In this document: in pieces, positions 60,582-64,000 of the stretch
How the letters are laid out: each line of letters starts with the position of its first letter
Position numbering within the stretch: the stretch's first letter is position 1
Source: Styela clava
Taxonomy: Eukaryota
Reading direction: 5' to 3'
Length of the DNA stretch: 64,000 nucleotides
NCBI RefSeq assembly: GCF_964204865.1
Contig: NC_135262.1
Location: 9,982,001-10,046,000 of the forward strand
Notes under the pieces: generated by a model
Databases searched by the model: none
Seen by the model: the letters and a program-made list of their open reading frames with translations, nothing else
Told to the model about the DNA's origin: nothing
Position numbers and translations under genes: made by a program

Positions 60582-62443
60582 TCAATTCTTAGTGTCTCTA
60601 TTTTTTTCCAACTCGTCATATTTTGCATTTCCCGCAGTGTATATCTGTCTATTTGCTTTGAAACCAGCGGCATGGCACTCCTCATAATATGAAAGCTTCG
60701 ACATTCGATCCCTCCATTCGACAATTTTGGGGTATTCAACCCATTCAGTGTATCCAGCCATATCCAACATACCAAGAAGATTCAGTTTGCAAAAATCTTA
60801 AAGATAAAAAACACCGAATGCATATGTGACGACTTATAAGGCAAACGTTACGGAAACCATGATTTGATTTTTTATGTAATTTCACGTTATTGGAGAAAAT
60901 CGAATTGATTAAAAATGCGGAAATCGACCGCTTGGATATTATACGAAAAATGAATGATATTCGGATATCCCCGATATTTACCTAAAATCGTTAAATGATC
61001 TCCTGCAAGATAGCTCTGGTTCGAAAGAACCTTTTCCATATGATCTATATGTTTCTTCACCTCTGGAAAATGTTCATTACATGGCCCTTTGGCTTTTCCC
61101 GAAAAAACAGCTCCTATGTTCTGATAAATATTGATAGACGAAAAATAAACTAGAATAATCAATTTATATATATGTAGCCGAATTCCAGCCATACTGAGAT
61201 TTAAACATTGTCCTAAAGGTGACCTTTACAGGGAATGACTACTGGATATGCATGAAAGTTGATGTTCTAAGGATTTCTTTTCCATAATAAAATTAAGGGT
61301 CTGTTATACTTGTGTTTTGTGGTTGGAAAAGTGATGCAACATTTTGATGCACACATACATATTGATGCAAATTTACAATGACTCGAATATTCCTGATATA
61401 TACTAGTCCACTGTTACTATTACGATTTAAAGAGGTAACATAGTATGATTATACAATTGCTTATTTAATCAGTGGATTGTATAAAATTTCAAATTGAGCA
61501 TCGGCCTGAGCATGGGCATAAAAAAAAACGTTCTGATGCAATCTCACCAAATATTTCTGAACAGCAACGATGCTATCTAAGTCTGCAAATAGTTCCATAT
61601 TGATTCTTGCAATTGAGTCAACATCTTTGGGATAAAGTGGTTTGTCTTTGTCGGCAGCCTCGTATTTGGAGCAGAGGTAAATGGAGACCGCCCGGCTAAA
61701 ACAACAAACTAATTTTTGTTATCTTTTTAATCGAATAAAAAACCATAGTAATTTACAATATTGATATATATATTATTACCCATCGATTTTAATCGGTAAG
61801 TATGTTGATAGGTATTTGTCTGTCTGTGTGTATGTCTGATAGATGCACGCGATATCTCACGAATCTGCTCCAGATTTTGCATGTGCATGCATCATATCTC
61901 GGACCAAAAGCCTATTGATTTTGGGCTAATTATGTCGTATAATTAGCGAGTTATTAATTAATTAGTGATGGGACACAAAGTGTCACTATGGAGTAGGAGC
62001 GTTGTTTTGGGGTATCCCCTAACTTCCGATCAATAAGTCTTCGGTCTCTGACCGATATTCTCGTTGATGCGTTAGTGAAAAAGGGGGAATTATATTTTCC
62101 GAAGTGTATATTAAAATACGTGATCAAAATAACTTGGATCTTAATTTTTTGCGGATTTTCTGAAATACACACAAAATCTGTTCAGAAGCCTTATAAAATG
62201 CGAAAGATATTTCCAATGTTACCTACTAGGGTTTGTCTTTTTGACCTACCTTTCTCCCAAACAAATATTGCCATCTTTCAGAGCTGGTACTTTCCCATAC
62301 GGATTAACACTGAACAGTTCGTCTTTATCCACATTACCTGACCACAAGTTCAACTCAATTGCCTCATATTCAATTCCCAGTTCCTTTAACACCATCCACA
62401 CGGGTTGGCATGCCGGACTTTGAGGATGGTAGTAAAACTTCAT
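60582..62443 (-). CDS. Glutathione S-transferase, theta/delta-like (GST-G), intact
   Basis: Exons 62443-62250, 61695-61548, 61120-60982, 60796-60582. MKFYYHPQSPACQPVW, VNPYGKVPALKDGNICLGESRAV, YLAGDHLTILDF, YPKIVEW. Confidence 0.92.
61773..62065 (+). mobile_element. DINE-1/HINE-like element, copy 3, in GST-G intron 1
   Basis: Same core, GTCT microsatellite, 3' subTIR and TCGGTC-tct-GACCGA hairpin as copies 1 and 2. Confidence 0.78.
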
Positions 62444-64000
62444 TGTAAAGCACGAAAGTAAATAGATTCACAGTAAACTTTTATTAGGACTCGAAATCAG
62501 TATTAATTTCTCTAGGTTTCAACTGAGCAATGACAGATGCAATTTGCTAACGTGAGTGGAGAAGATCGTTAACTAAAGACATTTGAAGCTTGTCACATTT
62601 AAAACAAATTATAGGATCTACGCTCTATGAGACGCCTATTCTCAGTCCTTCCGTCTGTCGAAGCTGTAGCGCCTTAACGACTGGACTGATCTGTATGCCA
62701 TGAGTGGGTCATCCTGTCATCTTAGTAATATGCGTTTCGTCGAAAGTTCGGATTAAATTTTCGTTTTCATGGCCACAACGAAAAAAACGCTCCGATCGTT
62801 ATGAATTTTCCAATTTTCTCTTAATTTATATCGGTTTTCTCGACAGCCCAGTCAAAAATGAAATTCCAAGAAAGCTACCTCCCACAGAAGAAAATACTCT
62901 TTCGAACAAGTCGTTTTCCGTCTCGATACTCCATAAACTGGAGAAGCTTCGGGGATTTTAGTGAACAATATTTCAATTGTTAGCTACGGTATACCACTGA
63001 CGAAAGATCTCTAAGAAACGTGCAGCGTTCAAAATGAACAGCAGTTTTGGCAACCCGCACGCTAGATCACGCTGCCGCTATTGATCCGTAAGTTTCAATG
63101 GAAGATAACCGGTTGCACTCAACTATCAGTGGATATCTTAGGCACCTACCAGCTTGTTAAATTATAGGACATTTGTTCATAGTTATTAGGATTTTGAACT
63201 ATAAGCCTAAATCCATGTAATCAACAATCATCTTCCGAATTGGTATTTTATTCCTCATAACTTGATATATATCTGTTCACGATTCACTTCTACTCGAGCT
63301 ATTCTATGGCTGTAAGGATTTCAGGTCGAGCGGCCTGTGACAATGCAACTCTTCGGGTAATAGTACCTGATAGCTCACTGACGTATAGTATTATCGGCGT
63401 CGGTATATCAATTCCATAATTCCGAAAAGTGTTTCAAATAGCTCAAAACGTCTCTCCCGACAAATATCCGCCGCAAATGCTAAACGACGACAGCAGATAC
63501 GCTCCGTTGCACAACGAAGCAAACAGTACACGACGTGCCACTTAAAAGACCTCGATTTTAAGTAAATTGGCGGATGCGATGCATAAAAAGCGCGCACGAC
63601 AAATATCCCGACCAATACTTGGAAGGACATTCATGCTAGTGACGATTTTGTGTTTTAAATCGGAATATAAAAATCATTGCCAATATTCTGGAATCTGCAT
63701 AGCATAACACTTTGCGTGAAAATGTAAACGAATAGGCCAGTAATGATATTTTAATACCGGATTGATAAACGGGCGAAAAATATGTTTTTGTTAACATCGT
63801 AAAGCACAGAAAAACTACATATTGCTCAGTACAAACAATATATCATTATTATATCACTTTTGTTCCAAATTGTAAAGGTTATATTCACTCTAATTTCAAG
63901 TTTTTCATTAGAATCAAATAGCGACTAAGAAAATAGACGTTAATATAAAAATAAAAATAAAGTAGGCCTATAAATTTTCGATGCTTTTTATAACGTATGG

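Noticed and set aside
62620-63700. GC/CpG-richer stretch upstream of GST-G, possibly a Helitron or other DNA element
   Set aside because: No termini, TSD, repeat copy or coding motif could be established.

Overview
AT-rich eukaryotic (animal) genomic DNA with short GT-AG introns; composition and gene style suggest an invertebrate, possibly a tunicate (inference, not proven). Most of the supplied ORFs are noise or single exons, so gene models were assembled by hand from splice sites and reading-frame phases. (1) Seven four-exon theta/delta-type (Ser-type) glutathione S-transferase genes share the same intron positions: six lie at 1-28 kb and one at 60.6-62.4 kb. Three arose by recent tandem duplication; of these one has an 8-bp frameshift and one has a damaged C-terminal domain. 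(2) Two tandem, apparently intact cytosolic phospholipase A2 (group IV) genes sit inside the GST array, each with a C2 domain, GGGxR, GLSGS and a catalytic Asp. (3) A tightly packed C14orf119-like plus mitochondrial-type DnaJ gene pair is an operon candidate. (4) An intron-containing UQCRH (complex III hinge) gene, invisible in the ORF track, is disrupted by a hAT element that itself carries a nested Helentron-type element. (5) Transposons with identifiable target-site duplications (TSDs) include a 1.7-kb foldback/MULE-like palindrome, a mariner whose 5' end is duplicated in inverted orientation, and several hAT MITEs; three DINE-1/HINE-like copies and a decayed RNase H-bearing LINE are also present. 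The most interesting hypothesis is a co-duplicated PLA2+GST lipid-mediator/lipid-peroxide locus; this is inference from gene arrangement only.
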